Source of the DNA: Takakia lepidozioides
Taxonomy: Eukaryota; Plantae; Bryophyta
Assembly (NCBI GenBank): GCA_030704615.1
Contig: CM060732.1
Coordinates: 11,470,001 to 11,534,000 of the forward strand
Reading direction: 5' to 3'
DNA length: 64,000 nucleotides
Shown: in pieces, positions 1 through 11,419 of the stretch
Numbering within the stretch: the stretch's first letter is position 1
How the letters are laid out: each line of letters starts with the position of its first letter
The notes under the pieces: model-generated
Database searches by the model: none
Told to the model about the DNA's origin: nothing
Seen by the model: only the letters and a program-made list of their open reading frames with translations
Made by a program: the position numbers and the translations under genes

Positions 1-231
1 ACCTGCTCTTGGAGGAACAGGAAATATCCTGAATACACTGACTGAAAGCGGAGACCTGTTATCGGGAGTGAATATTTTGTCCCCTCTTATTTGTGTTCTT
101 TTTAATCTGGTTTTGTCTCCACATTAATTTTTGCAGTGTGTCTGGATGTATACATCATCCTTGCCCTGGAGGTCAAACAGTCACTTTTATGTCCATGCAA
201 ATAAAGTTTCTAATGATCCTTCCTTGTGCAG

Positions 232-1195
232 GTGAACCCAGAAAATGCGCCTCTGGTAGTTGGGCAATTGCTGGATGATGGCCACCCCAAGGATTTCATC
301 AAGGACCTTATCTTGTCTGTCTGCTCTTTACTGCCAGTGGAGGCACTGGTTGATGAGTGTGAGAAGAGGTAATAAATTGTTCCAGGGTGGCTTTATGTCA
401 TTTTTAATCTGTTTGTTTGCTCCTAGCATGATATCTATGTCACAGTCAACTCTCGGGTTATGTGAAAGATGAAAATGTATGGAAAGAGGGCACATTACCG
501 ACTTTTTATTCCATGTGGAAGCTGTCTGTTGTCTCAGGTATGAATCAAACTAACAGTTTGATGGGTTGGACAGGAACCAGTTGGGATTGCTGACTCAGTT
601 CTTAGAGCATCTTGTGAGTGAAGGGACCGAAGAAGTGCATGCACATAATGCATTGCGGAAGATCATCGTAGATACAAACGAAGATCCAGAGCTCTTTCTG
701 ACCAGAAACCGCTACTATGACTCTAAGGTCATTGGTAAATATTGTGAGACAAAGGAGGATCACACACTTGAAGTAATTGCATATAGACGTGGTCAATGTG
801 ATGCTGAGCTCGTTGATGTCACAAACAAGCACAAGCTCTTCAAGATTCAGGCCAGGTACATCCCAACTCTATCTCCCGTCATTTGTGATTTTGTCTTGTG
901 TTTTGCGTGATGTCTTAGAAAAGATAAAGAAATTACCTGACTACATCTTGTTGGTGCTTCTTAGGTATGTGGTGGAGCGCATGGATCCGGACCTGTGGAA
1001 AAAGGTTATGCACTCAGAGTATCCAGAATACAGGAAGCAGCTTACTCTTGAGGTGTTGTCTATTGTTCTACCAGAGAGCAAGAACCGAGAGCAGGTGTTA
1101 GCCCTGTTAGCCACTTTGAAGGCACACTTGCCCCATGAGTTAGTTGAGCTTTTATAGTCAAGAATGTTTTTCAAAACTCTGCCTTGAGTGGTAAT
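232..1195 (+). pseudogene. Clathrin heavy chain internal fragment (copy A; 3' part of the hydrolase-CHC fusion gene, 5' part outside the window)
   Basis: GT-AG exons 232-368 ([16 protein letters not shown]...DECEKR), 574-855 ([17 protein letters not shown]...FKIQAR) and 965-~1195 ([11 protein letters not shown]...LPHELVELL) match the plant CHC repeat region. In-frame stop/frameshift at ~1155. Near-identical to copies B and C. Confidence 0.9.
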
Positions 1196-1219
1196 CACCT
1201 CTAAAATATACTCACCATC

Positions 1220-1292
1220 TTTCCGCACAAACTGGGCGCGGGGTCAATGGCCACAAGGCTACGGCAAATAACATCTTATGAGTACATTCTTT
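1220..1292 (+). mobile_element. 73-bp 5'-truncated LINE 3' end with 9-bp TSD
   Basis: AAACTGGGCGCGGGGTCAATGGCCACAAGGCTACGGCAAA matches the 3' end of the LINE at ~41945-42000 (-). Flanked by CTCACCATC at 1211-1219 and 1293-1301. Absent from the paralogous site at ~52030. Confidence 0.8.
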
Positions 1293-1304
1293 CTCACCAT
1301 CAAT

Positions 1305-1700
1305 TACAGTGGTGGCATTGAACGACCATGGGGAGGGAGGTGGGGATCTCAAATGGAAACGGGGGAAGGAAGAGAGGCCCTGTGTCCCTTTCTACACTGT
1401 CCCTCCCTTCTGAAGTCAAAAGGACCATTTTTTGCTATGTGATTAGGCCTGCTTGGAGTACGCATCAGCCGTTCGAGTTGACAACTCCAACCATGCCAAG
1501 TCTAGGAATGCATCCAGATTGGGGCGCTCTAAGAGTATATGTTAGCATGCTCCAGAACAGCTATGTGGCTGTTCCGGTGTAGTTTGGCATACCTCCTTTG
1601 AGCTCTCCACGGGATGGTTTCAAGGTCAGATGGTGGGGTTGGTGGAACAGAATGTCTAACACCAGACACCTAAGATAATCAACTCTCTTTCTCGGATACC
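1305..1700 (+). mobile_element. Degenerate LINE ORF2 C-terminal fragment (same family as 42140-44953)
   Basis: Frameshifted similarity to GEGGSDLKW / SEVKKTMLCRVIRPALEY / FKVRWWG segments of the LINE ORF2. Repeated at ~52045-52253. Confidence 0.7.
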
Positions 1701-4019
1701 AGACTACTATTGAACAGGTAGAAGCGGTTTTTAAGGGTCTGGATATCAGCTAAAGCTACACCACCGTCACAAAGGTAGTTTCTGTTCCCTTTTGTTGCGC
1801 CAACCAGGGCTTTCGTAAATTTGACCTGATCCCAGAGTTCTTCATTCTCCGAAAATCGAGGATAGAAGTAATCTGGAAGTCCGGGGCCCAAGGGTGCCCT
1901 CGCAATGGAGGCTAATGGGCTCTCAAGTCACCTTCATAGAGTCTTGCTGGGAGTAAAAATAACTGGCCTTGCAGAGCACATATGTACATGTGGTGTTGAC
2001 TGTTGACACTATCTATTTCCTCGTGACTGTTCGGGAGATATGAAAGGATTGCATAAGAGCAGGTCATGCTGCAGTTTCCAGCCCCCTTTTGTTGTAGTGG
2101 GAGCCATTCATTGTACAGCTCATAAGGTCCATTCGCACCGGCTGTTATTTGAGAAACTAAAGCCAAAGATATTTGACCGGGGAATAGATTTATTCGACAT
2201 GGCAGTAGCGGGCAGGGGTGATTGAAGCTGGTAATCTTACAAAATATTAGATTTGCATGGGGTACAGTTGGTACAGTCGTGGGTTTCAGACCCCCTGCGT
2301 TTGCAAGGGTATAACTTCACCCTTTCTGTTCCCATGCATATGTTCCCACGCACTGTGTTCCCAATAATGTGGTCCTGACTATGCGCTGGTTTAAATGTCT
2401 GCAGATGAAGAGTATGACTCTCTGACCGGATTAGAGGGGCAGCCTTGTCATGCACAACTTGTTTAGCATCTATATAAGTTTGGAGGTGTTCCTCGTTGTG
2501 TAGAGTCCAATGGAGGAACACGTCCAAACTTCTGATGATGGAGGCCTCCATCAGTGATCTGCAGGAATGTTGTTGAAAAAACTACACTAATGGACCCGGT
2601 CAGAATGTTGATACTGTCAGAGTCACAACGGTCTACCTACTCCGGAGCATGGAGCAGCGCTGGAAGAAGTTTGTCTGTTCTGCAAAAGTGGACCTCCCTG
2701 TCAGTATCATAAGTTTTTCTATTTTGTGGTGATTACAAGGTACTGGGAAGGGTCAGCTTGCCTCTACAGCAGAATCATAGCCCCTCTTTAATATATGTCC
2801 ACCATCACCAGATTATTCTGGAGATCTTGTGGCATTGTACATAATTAGTTTTTCTTTCACTTTCCATGTGTATTGAACCAACCGCCCATCAACAAGCCGT
2901 CTTGTGTAAGCTGTTTGTCTGTCTCCTGGACAGACAAACAGCTGTTAGTAGCTTTCTGTTTACAGAATTTTACACCAACTGCCTCAATTCTCCGCACACA
3001 ATGATCATCTCCCACGGGGCCCGGCCTGCTCCTGTCTCTTGCCGTTCTATCGCTCTCTCCTAATTACATTTTTCTTGTCCCGACGGGCCGCAACCCCTTT
3101 GTTGCTAATTTAGCTAAGGGAGCGGCCTCCCCACTGCCCAATACGTAGCCTGTGGATCCCACGCAGCAGTCTTGTCTGGAAGTAAGTATGTATCGGCCGC
3201 TCTGGTTGTGAGGGTGGGCCTCACCCGGTCTGTCGCGGCATGCAACGCTATCCTCGTCGGTCACATGCATTACTTTGCCGTTTATGCAAGGCTCTTTCCC
3301 GAATCTTCTTTACACATAAAAACCGGGACTGAGAGATTTGCGAGAGGACACTGCAATGGCAGTACTGAAGTGCCGGATGCTCCATGTGTTCTACGAATCG
3401 TCCATCGATTTATTATCTAGTGCTGAGCGAGGAAGAATTAACCTTGCAAGCGCCGTGAAGCTACTCACTGGAAATTGCGAAAGTGAGAACCACCCAACGA
3501 GCGTAGTAACTACATAATCTGCTCACACCCCAGTGGTAGTAGCTACACTGCACTAGTTTTTGCGGCGTTATTTGCTTGGTAGGTTCCTTCCTCGGGCATC
3601 GTCAACTCGAAGCAGTGTAGAACACAGCTTTTCCGCTGCATAATTTTTACTTATGAATGTCTAATTGTATATGAGATACATAAATTACCACACACCCAGT
3701 TCCAAGAAGGGCTAGACCACTACAGCAGCCCTGGCCGGGTCACCTGCAGCGAACCCCACACCTCAGGCCCCATTCTCCAAGAGCTTGGTCAGTAAGTGAG
3801 CTTGCCTCCGCTCCCACATTCACGGCCCACCGGCAATTCAGGTCTTACCAGTTGAAAGATTTCTTGGATGATCTGAAGAGCTCCCTGAGGCATTATCCAA
3901 CCTACAATCACAATCCATCCACATGGCATAAAAGTGAATTCCATGCATCATAATATCAGCTCTACTTGCACACCTATCTCCATAGGTGCTAGAAGAATTG
4001 GAGAATAGAGTAACTCACT

Positions 4020-4767
4020 GTTTAGAGTTCCTCCGAGGCACTTTCACTTTCGAGTACACGCATTGATGGTGATTTTTTCATAATCCGACATCTCATCACC
4101 AGTAACTTGTACGATAGGATCCGCATTCGAATATAAAAAATACTGCATGAAGGTGTCATGTTTGTTTCTGGTGATAGTATATTGCTCGCCAGAACCTACC
4201 GTTTTCTCTATCACGCCAGAGAGGCCTCGTTTCACAGTAAAGGGATGGCCAGTCTTGTTGATAATGTCTGTAGACTCCACACTCGCGAACACTCGACCGA
4301 GGTTGTAATTGAAGCCCGTCCATATAAACATGTTAGCTCATAAAGAAAATCACTTAGATGTCTTCAAATATCGGCACAAGAACCAGTCAATCAGTAAAAC
4401 AACCTCGAAGTGCGAGTGCCAGCAACAGTGGTGAATAGACCAGCTTACCACTTCTGAGGGAAGGCCGCGGGTCATATGATTTTGAGTAACCTTTTATGGT
4501 GACACTTTCATTCCCGGCTATGTCATCACCATCAACTTCAAGAACAAGATGTAAATTGTCGTATAGACCATACTTGTAGTCCTTGTTGTAGCAGATGTCA
4601 TAGGTATCACCATCTTTCAGTGTGGTCAAGCATGAAGTTGCTGCCTCCCCTTTTGCCTTGTCTAAACCATCTGAGGATTCTTCCAAAACTGGAGGAAGTA
4701 CGCCGTCAGAGGATTCTATCAACGCCATAGGACGGCCAGTCTTGTTGATAATTTTGGTCCCTTCCAT
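4020..4767 (-). CDS. Small two-exon protein with two tandem copies of a ~90-aa beta-rich domain (resembles a bryophyte-expanded DUF family, tentatively DUF7748-like); copy A
   Basis: Both ORFs (4387-4767, 4044-4331) start with IINKTG(R/H)P and end with V(D/T)GD(D/E)...(V/I)TI. GTAAGC donor at ~4448. The putative acceptor AGs of copy C read AA here, so this copy may be a pseudogene. Confidence 0.55.
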
Positions 4768-6149
4768 ACCTCAATATCCCCTCTTTCTCTTCACCACAGG
4801 AAAGATACTCCGGAGGTAGTAAATAGGAACTCGACACTCAATATTCTGGACCAAACAAATGTAGTTATGGTGTGCATCTTGTGGAAATGTTATAGAAAAG
4901 CACCTTGGCAGACATTTTCTCAATATGTGAAGAGCAAGATTATCAATGTAATGAAGCACGTGGAGAGATAAATACAGTAGTTGAATACTTGTGCTCTCTT
5001 CTGCATGAGTTGGGAAAACATGTCATTACGCTCGCTTGGGTTTATCGAAAGAGAGAGAGAGATGACGCCAACCGAAGTTAGAGCCCTCCTTCCCTTGCGG
5101 ATACGCCTTCCTTTCGGGGGTGGGCTCTAGGGAGCCATTGGAGACAGTATGACCACTTCACAATCCACTTTCTCAGTCATGAAAGCGACGGGCGTGGACA
5201 TTGCACATGTGAGTTCTACAGTCGGTTCTCATACTCGAGTGTCCAAGGATGGTCAGAAAACTGGCTTTCTACGTTTCTCCCCGACAACCGATGACCATTT
5301 ACATAGCTTAACAAGGAGTCCAGCGAATTAACGTTCGAAACCGAAATAAACTTGAATCTTTTTTACCTCGAAACAGGAGAGTGCACCTTCGAAGCTTGTC
5401 GGTCACTCTTAACGCCGTTCTTCCATCTGATGCAATCCAAGATGTTTAGAACGATGCCATCGATGGTCACAATGAAGGCCAAGTGAGAAAGTATGAAGGA
5501 CCCACCAAAAGAGTGCTTGCTTGCGCGAGAGCGATGAACACAACTCCTTGAAACACACATAGAACCCCTCTCACCTGATAAATTTCATACTCACGTTGTC
5601 ACTGAGACCTATTTCTCTTTGTCCTGGTGCGAAACCGCTGGAACCTGATTCCAACATCAATTAGAGCTCTACCTTAGGACGTTAGCTTCTACTGCACTCC
5701 TATAAGATTCTTCTTTCTAGTTGTAGAGAGCATTACGCACCGTGGCAGCTTCAGTAGCTCGGATTTCTCAACTCGAACGTCCAGCCTTACTGTACCTGTA
5801 GTACGGCAGGCAGGGTAGCTTGTCAAATACTCAAAACGCTAAACTCTCCTGGAGGCTGGGAGCTCCACCTAGTCTAGTACTGTAACAGCCATTGAGGTAG
5901 GGTCCCCTAAAGCTCGCCCCCGCCCCCGACTAGGTCCTGACGGCCCAAAATGTATGATTGGAATTATGTGGCAAATGGAACTCAGTATAGGTACATAAAT
6001 TCATTTTACTATTGGCTCCTCCTTCAAGAGAGAGCAGGCAACCATTGTTTTTTCCTGATGTACCTTCCCCACTTAATACTTAACTATCAAGTTCCATCCC
6101 ACATGATGAAACCTGTAAGACTTTATTTACAACATGTACAATTCCATTA

Positions 6150-9100
6150 GGCCCAAATTGAGAGAGGGTCTTGCGGAGGAGTAAAGGGGGACCGTTATGC
6201 CCCGGTGAGCAACCGGAACTCCGAGTTGGTCCGGCGGCCAGTTTGGGAGTTAGGCGCGCGCATCAAAGCGAGTAACTACGACTTGAAGGGGAGCTTACCA
6301 AAGTGAGGTGCGCGACACCTAGTATCAGAGCTTAAAGTTCAGTACGCGATCGTCCTTGAGGTCGGCCTCATCATGGGGTGGCAAGCCAAAGCCAAATCCA
6401 AAGCGGAACGGCCCGAAAGAGGATAATCCTGGTGAGCCCAAAGGGGGCGACGTGTCACCGAAGCTGCAATATGAGGAGGCGATTCATGCCTTTGAAAGCG
6501 AGGCCACTCAAGAACGGGAGGAATCTGGGGAGTCGGAGCCCGAGGATTTTCCGGACGCTCCGCCAGATCAACGGATGCCTCCCATGCCAGCAACCTTTTG
6601 GGAAGGGTTGTTGGCGCAGTTTGGCGGGACGTTGAAAGACGTGTTGAAGGCGGCTAATGCCACTTCCACTAAGGCAAAGTTTAAGGTGAAGCTTAAGGAA
6701 CCCGACACCTTCGAGGGCGGCCGAAATCGGAAGACACTCAACACCTGGCTCTTGGAGCTATAGCAGTACTTCCGGGCGGCCAGGTTGAGTGACGAGAATC
6801 AGGTGGAAGTGGCTCCCACCTATTTGAAGGACTATGCCCAACAATGGTGGCAGAAACGCCTTCACGACCAAGGTCCAAACCCGGAAACCTTGAGCTGGAA
6901 TGGGTTCAAGGAATTTATGAAGAGACAGTTTGTGCCCCTCAACGCGACATGGCTCGCCCGGGACAAGATGAGGAATTTGAAGCAAAAGGCCGTGGAGTGG
7001 AGCTCTGAGGTCTCTCCAGCGCTGAGGGGGGAGAGCGTTCCAAATACAGTGGATAATTTCCGGAAGGCACAACTCACAAGAGTAGTTGCCTACCTTGCAA
7101 GTCTTGGCAACCACCGCTTCCACCAAGCGGCTGATGGTATCTTCAAATAGCTCCGTGGTTGCCCGAGTCATGTTCAATTGACGGGGCTTCGTGCACTTCT
7201 TAGCCATGTGCCCGAGCTCCCCGCAATTAAAACACACTCCATCGAAGGTTGTCGTCTGTCCACCATAGGCCATTGTACATGTTTTTCCTTTTAGAGCACC
7301 TGGTGCCGCCTTAACGTGCGAAGGCCATTCCTTCGATTTCCATGTGCCATTGTCGCCGCGTGGCCTATCCCACTTCTTTTCCAAAGTGATGTGGGGGCCT
7401 CTATTAAGGTGCGTTCTGTCAAAGGAGAACCACAATTGGCGACAAAGTTGGCGTTCGATGTTCATCTTCAGCTGGAGCGTTAGGAGAACTTCACCATTTG
7501 CGAGATCGATGGAGTGGATCTCATTTTGGGGATGACATTTTTGAGCAAATCCGGACCGATCATAGATGACCGCAAAAAAGTAGTCACGCTACCGTGTGGG
7601 AATGGTGGCGAAATTTTACGAGTGACGGAAACGCCCAAACCCGTAGGAGGGCGAATAAACCTGCTGTTAGCAAGGGAGTGGGTCGTGGAGGAGCCACACG
7701 AGCCCCAGTTTTTGCTTTACGTAAGACAAGTGAAGGGAGAAGGTGATAGGGAGCCGAGCCCAGATTGGATCAAGGGGATCTTGGAGAAATACCAAGATGT
7801 GATGTCGGAGGATTTACCAAACGGCTTGTCACCGCGAAGAGGAGTTGACCACAAGATTGAGGTGATACCGGGATCGGAGCCGCCTACCAAGGCGCCCTAC
7901 CGGTTGAGCCACAGAGAGTTGATCGAACTGAAGACTCAACTCAAGGATCTAATGTCAAAGGGGTACATCCAGCCAAGTAAGTCACCTTACGGAGCCCCGG
8001 TGCTATTCGTAGACAAGAAGGATAGGTCGCTGCGGATGTGTGTCGATTACAGGGCTCTGAATCAGGTGACTATCAAAACCGGTACGTTTTGCCAAGGATC
8101 GACAACCTTTTTGATCGGTTGGCTGGAGCAAAGTATTTCAGCCAGATCGATTTGCGCTCCGGCTACCATCAAATTCGAGTGGCGGAAAGAGATGAGGAGA
8201 AGACCGTGTGCAGGACAAGATATGGTTCATACGAGTTCTTGGTGATGCCTTTTGGGCTGACCAACGCTCCCGCAACCTTTAGCATGCTAATGAATAGCCT
8301 TTTCCAGGAGTGGTTGGATGACTTTGTGATCGTGTACATCGACAACATCTTGGTGTACTCAAAAACAAATGAAGAGCACTTGGAGCACTTCAAAATGGTG
8401 TTCCAAAAATTGCGGGAAGAAAGCTGTATGCCAAAGCTTCAAAGTGCGAATTCAAGGTCACAAAAGTGGAGTTCCTACGGCATGTGATTACACAGGATGG
8501 GATCAAAATGGATGACAGAAATGTGAGGGCGATCTTGGACTGGGAGCCTCCGACTTCGGTCCCGGGAGTGCAATCATTCCTAGGTTTCGCCTCCTATTAC
8601 CAAAAGTATGTGAGAAATTTCGCCAAGATCACGGGGCCGCTGTCAGACATTCTGTGTAAATCCAAGGTATGGGTATGAAAACATTTTGTGGCCAAGCTTT
8701 TGCCGAGTTGAAGCAGCGGATGGCGGAAGCTCCAGTCTTGAAAATCCCGGAGTTCAACCGTCCGTTTGAGATTCATACAGATGCGTCGGACTTCACGATT
8801 GGGGGTGTATTCATGCAAGATGGACGTCCAGTGGCTTACGAAAGTAAGAACCTGAATGAAGTGGAGCAACGATGGCCAACGCACGAGAAAGAGATGAAGG
8901 CGGTAGTGCATTGCCTTGAGCTTTGGTGCCACTATGTTGGTTTCAACCCGGTGAAGGTATTCACGGACAATGTCACAGTGAAGTATTTTGCCACGCAGTC
9001 TAAGTTGTCCCCAAAACAACTTAGGTGGCAAGACACTTTAGCGGTGTTCAACATGGATATCCAGTACAAACCAGAACGGGACAATGTGGTGGCCGATGCC

Positions 9101-10900
9101 TTAAGTAGAAAGCAACAGCTTATGCTAATATACAGAGGCGAGACAGCGCTCCAAAGAAAGATCCGGAAGGCTTACCGGAAGGATGAGATGGCGAAGTCTG
9201 TGATGCGAGACTTGAGGATGGGGGTGAAATCGCAGTTCCACTTGCAAAATGGACTACTCCGGTACAAGCAAAAGCGTCTCTATGTGCCGAAGAGAGGGAT
9301 CAGAGATAGTCTCTTGAGAGAATGCCATGATGGCCCGCTTGCGGGCCACGGTGAAGCCAAACGCACCACGGCACTCCTGAAGAAAGAGTATTTCTGGCCC
9401 AAACTGAGGGAGGAAGCCGAGGAGTATGTCAAGACATACACCACGTGCCAATAAAACCGGAGCGAGTACAAAAAGCAAGCGGGGCTGTTACAACCCTTGC
9501 CGATTCCAGAAGGGTCTTGGGAAAGTGTCTCGATGGATTTCATGACTGTTATGCCGTTGTCAAAAGGATTCAGTAAAATGGGTCATTCCCACCAATGAGA
9601 CGACAACGGCACAGGAGACGGGACGACTTTACTTTGCCCACGTCTTCAAGCATCATGGACTCCCGAAGGATATTGTCTCGGACTGCAATCCAAAGTTCAC
9701 AAGTAAATTTTGGAGGGCACTCTGGAGGAAAATGGGGACAAGGCTCAAAATGAGCACCGCCATCCGACCTACGACGGATGGCCAAACGGAAAGGGTGAAT
9801 TTCGTGGTGAAGCAGATCTTGCGGAATTACGTGTCGGCAGACCAATCGGACTGGGTGGAGCTCTTGGACGCGACAGAGTTCTGTTATAATAACACAAAAC
9901 ACTCCGCAACGGGAGTTTCCCCTTTCGTATTGGTCTATGGAAAAGCACCTCTGGTGTCGACAAGTTGGGCTGCCCAAGACATTGAAGAACCGGCAGCAGC
10001 AGCAGTGTTGGAAGCACGCGAGCGTTTGTTGAAGCTCGCAAAGTACAACATTGCCAAAGCTAGGAAACGGTATGAATGGCAAGCGAATCGGAAGCACAGG
10101 GAAGTTAAGTTTGAGGCAGGCACGGAGGTCTGGTTGAACATCAAGAATCCGACTACCTCCGGAAGTGAGTCCGAAGTTCGTACCTCCGTATGCGGGACCC
10201 TTTTGCATCCGAAAGGTTATGAATGAGGATATGTATGAATTGGAGGTGCCGGCAAACAACAAGGTGTATCCGGTATTCCACGTCTCTTTTTTGAAGCCTT
10301 AATTCAAAGTTGAAGCGCGTCCGAATCGGCATCAAATGTTGCGTCCGCCACCTGTGCTGTTGGATCATGAAAATGAACCTGAGTACGAGGTGGAGGCAGT
10401 AAGTCGAGGAGGTTCAAGAATCGAGAAATGGAGTATCTCGTGAAATGGAAGGGCTATCATCATGTGGAGATATCTTGGATGCGTGCCTCAAAAATTGGAA
10501 ACGCATCTAAGGCGGTTGCAGCTTTCGAATGACAACCTCAAAAGCGGAAGAAGCGTTGATGGGGACATCAACCTTGGATCGTAGGGGAGGAAATGCATGC
10601 TTAGCCCGGCTTAGCTAGCTCAGTAATCCATTTGCAAAAACTTGTATTGTACAAATTTTGTTGTAAATAAAATGGTTTCCAAATGTTGTGTTTTCTATCT
10701 TGTTTGGAATGGTGATGCATGGTATGGTTGGCTAGTGTGTAGAATGCATACTAGCTTACAAAATGAGAGAGGTAAATTGGATTAATCGTGTGTTTGTGTA
10801 GTGTCGAAATCGGGTGACTCCATCCAAGGGGCAAGAAAACTTGCACCTTCATTGGGAGTTCACGTGCTAGTGCGCATCTGGCGTGTGCGCATACTATAAC
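6150..10900 (+). mobile_element. Ty3/gypsy chromovirus LTR retrotransposon, degenerate (element 1)
   Basis: PBS-like TAGTATCAGAGC (tRNA-iMet type) at ~6321. Gag, RT (YIDNIL, mutated YIDD), RNase H (TDASD), integrase zinc finger and core, GPF motif and chromodomain remnants. Polypurine tract GGGGAGGAAA at ~10584 followed by a TG... LTR start. Many stops and frameshifts. The 3' boundary is uncertain. Confidence 0.92.
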
Positions 10901-11419
10901 TGCGCTACCGAGGGGGTTGCCTCGTAGTGCGGGCTAACGCGGAAGCTACGTGCTTCCGTTCACGTACTATAATTGTGTAACCTCGGGATGAAGTCGTAGT
11001 GCGGCTTCGGCGTGTTCCCGTACCTCAGGCCAGCAAACCAAGGCAGACCCAATTGTAGTGATTGGGGCGCATGGTTAGTTCAAGGTTATCTTCCTAGTAA
11101 AAAAAAGGTTCAAGACGAACCCTTGCTCAAGGTGATGCCAAAAGCGGCATCATGAGCGGGTACAAGCAAATGTTGTTGCAGTAAGGCGATTCGATCCTCG
11201 GGGAGGATCGTTCCTTGGCCCTGAAGTGGGCCAAGAAGAGTGCACTGGGAAGGCCTGCACCGTTTGTCAGCACCACCTCGCGAAAGTTTAGGATCGTCTA
11301 GCTTTAGTGAGCAAATTGCCAGTGAGATTTAACTTGAGAAACATGTAGATGTTATTGCACCATCTGTGGGTATCTATATTGCAGAGGTGTTTTACAAGTC
11401 CAACTAAATAGTTTTCATG

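Noticed and set aside
232-1195. Functional clathrin heavy chain gene
   Set aside because: Only diverged internal exons are present, with stops and missing segments. CHC is normally highly conserved and ~1700 aa long.
8169-10368. Numerous minus-strand ORFs over the gypsy pol (also over element 2, the LINEs and the PPR gene)
   Set aside because: Antisense shadows of real coding frames, with no independent motifs.
10593-11164. Complete 3' LTR (TG...ACA) pairing with the 5' LTR
   Set aside because: No similarity to the sequence upstream of the PBS (6150-6318 or 25900-26299). The LTRs appear truncated, so no intact pair or TSD can be called.
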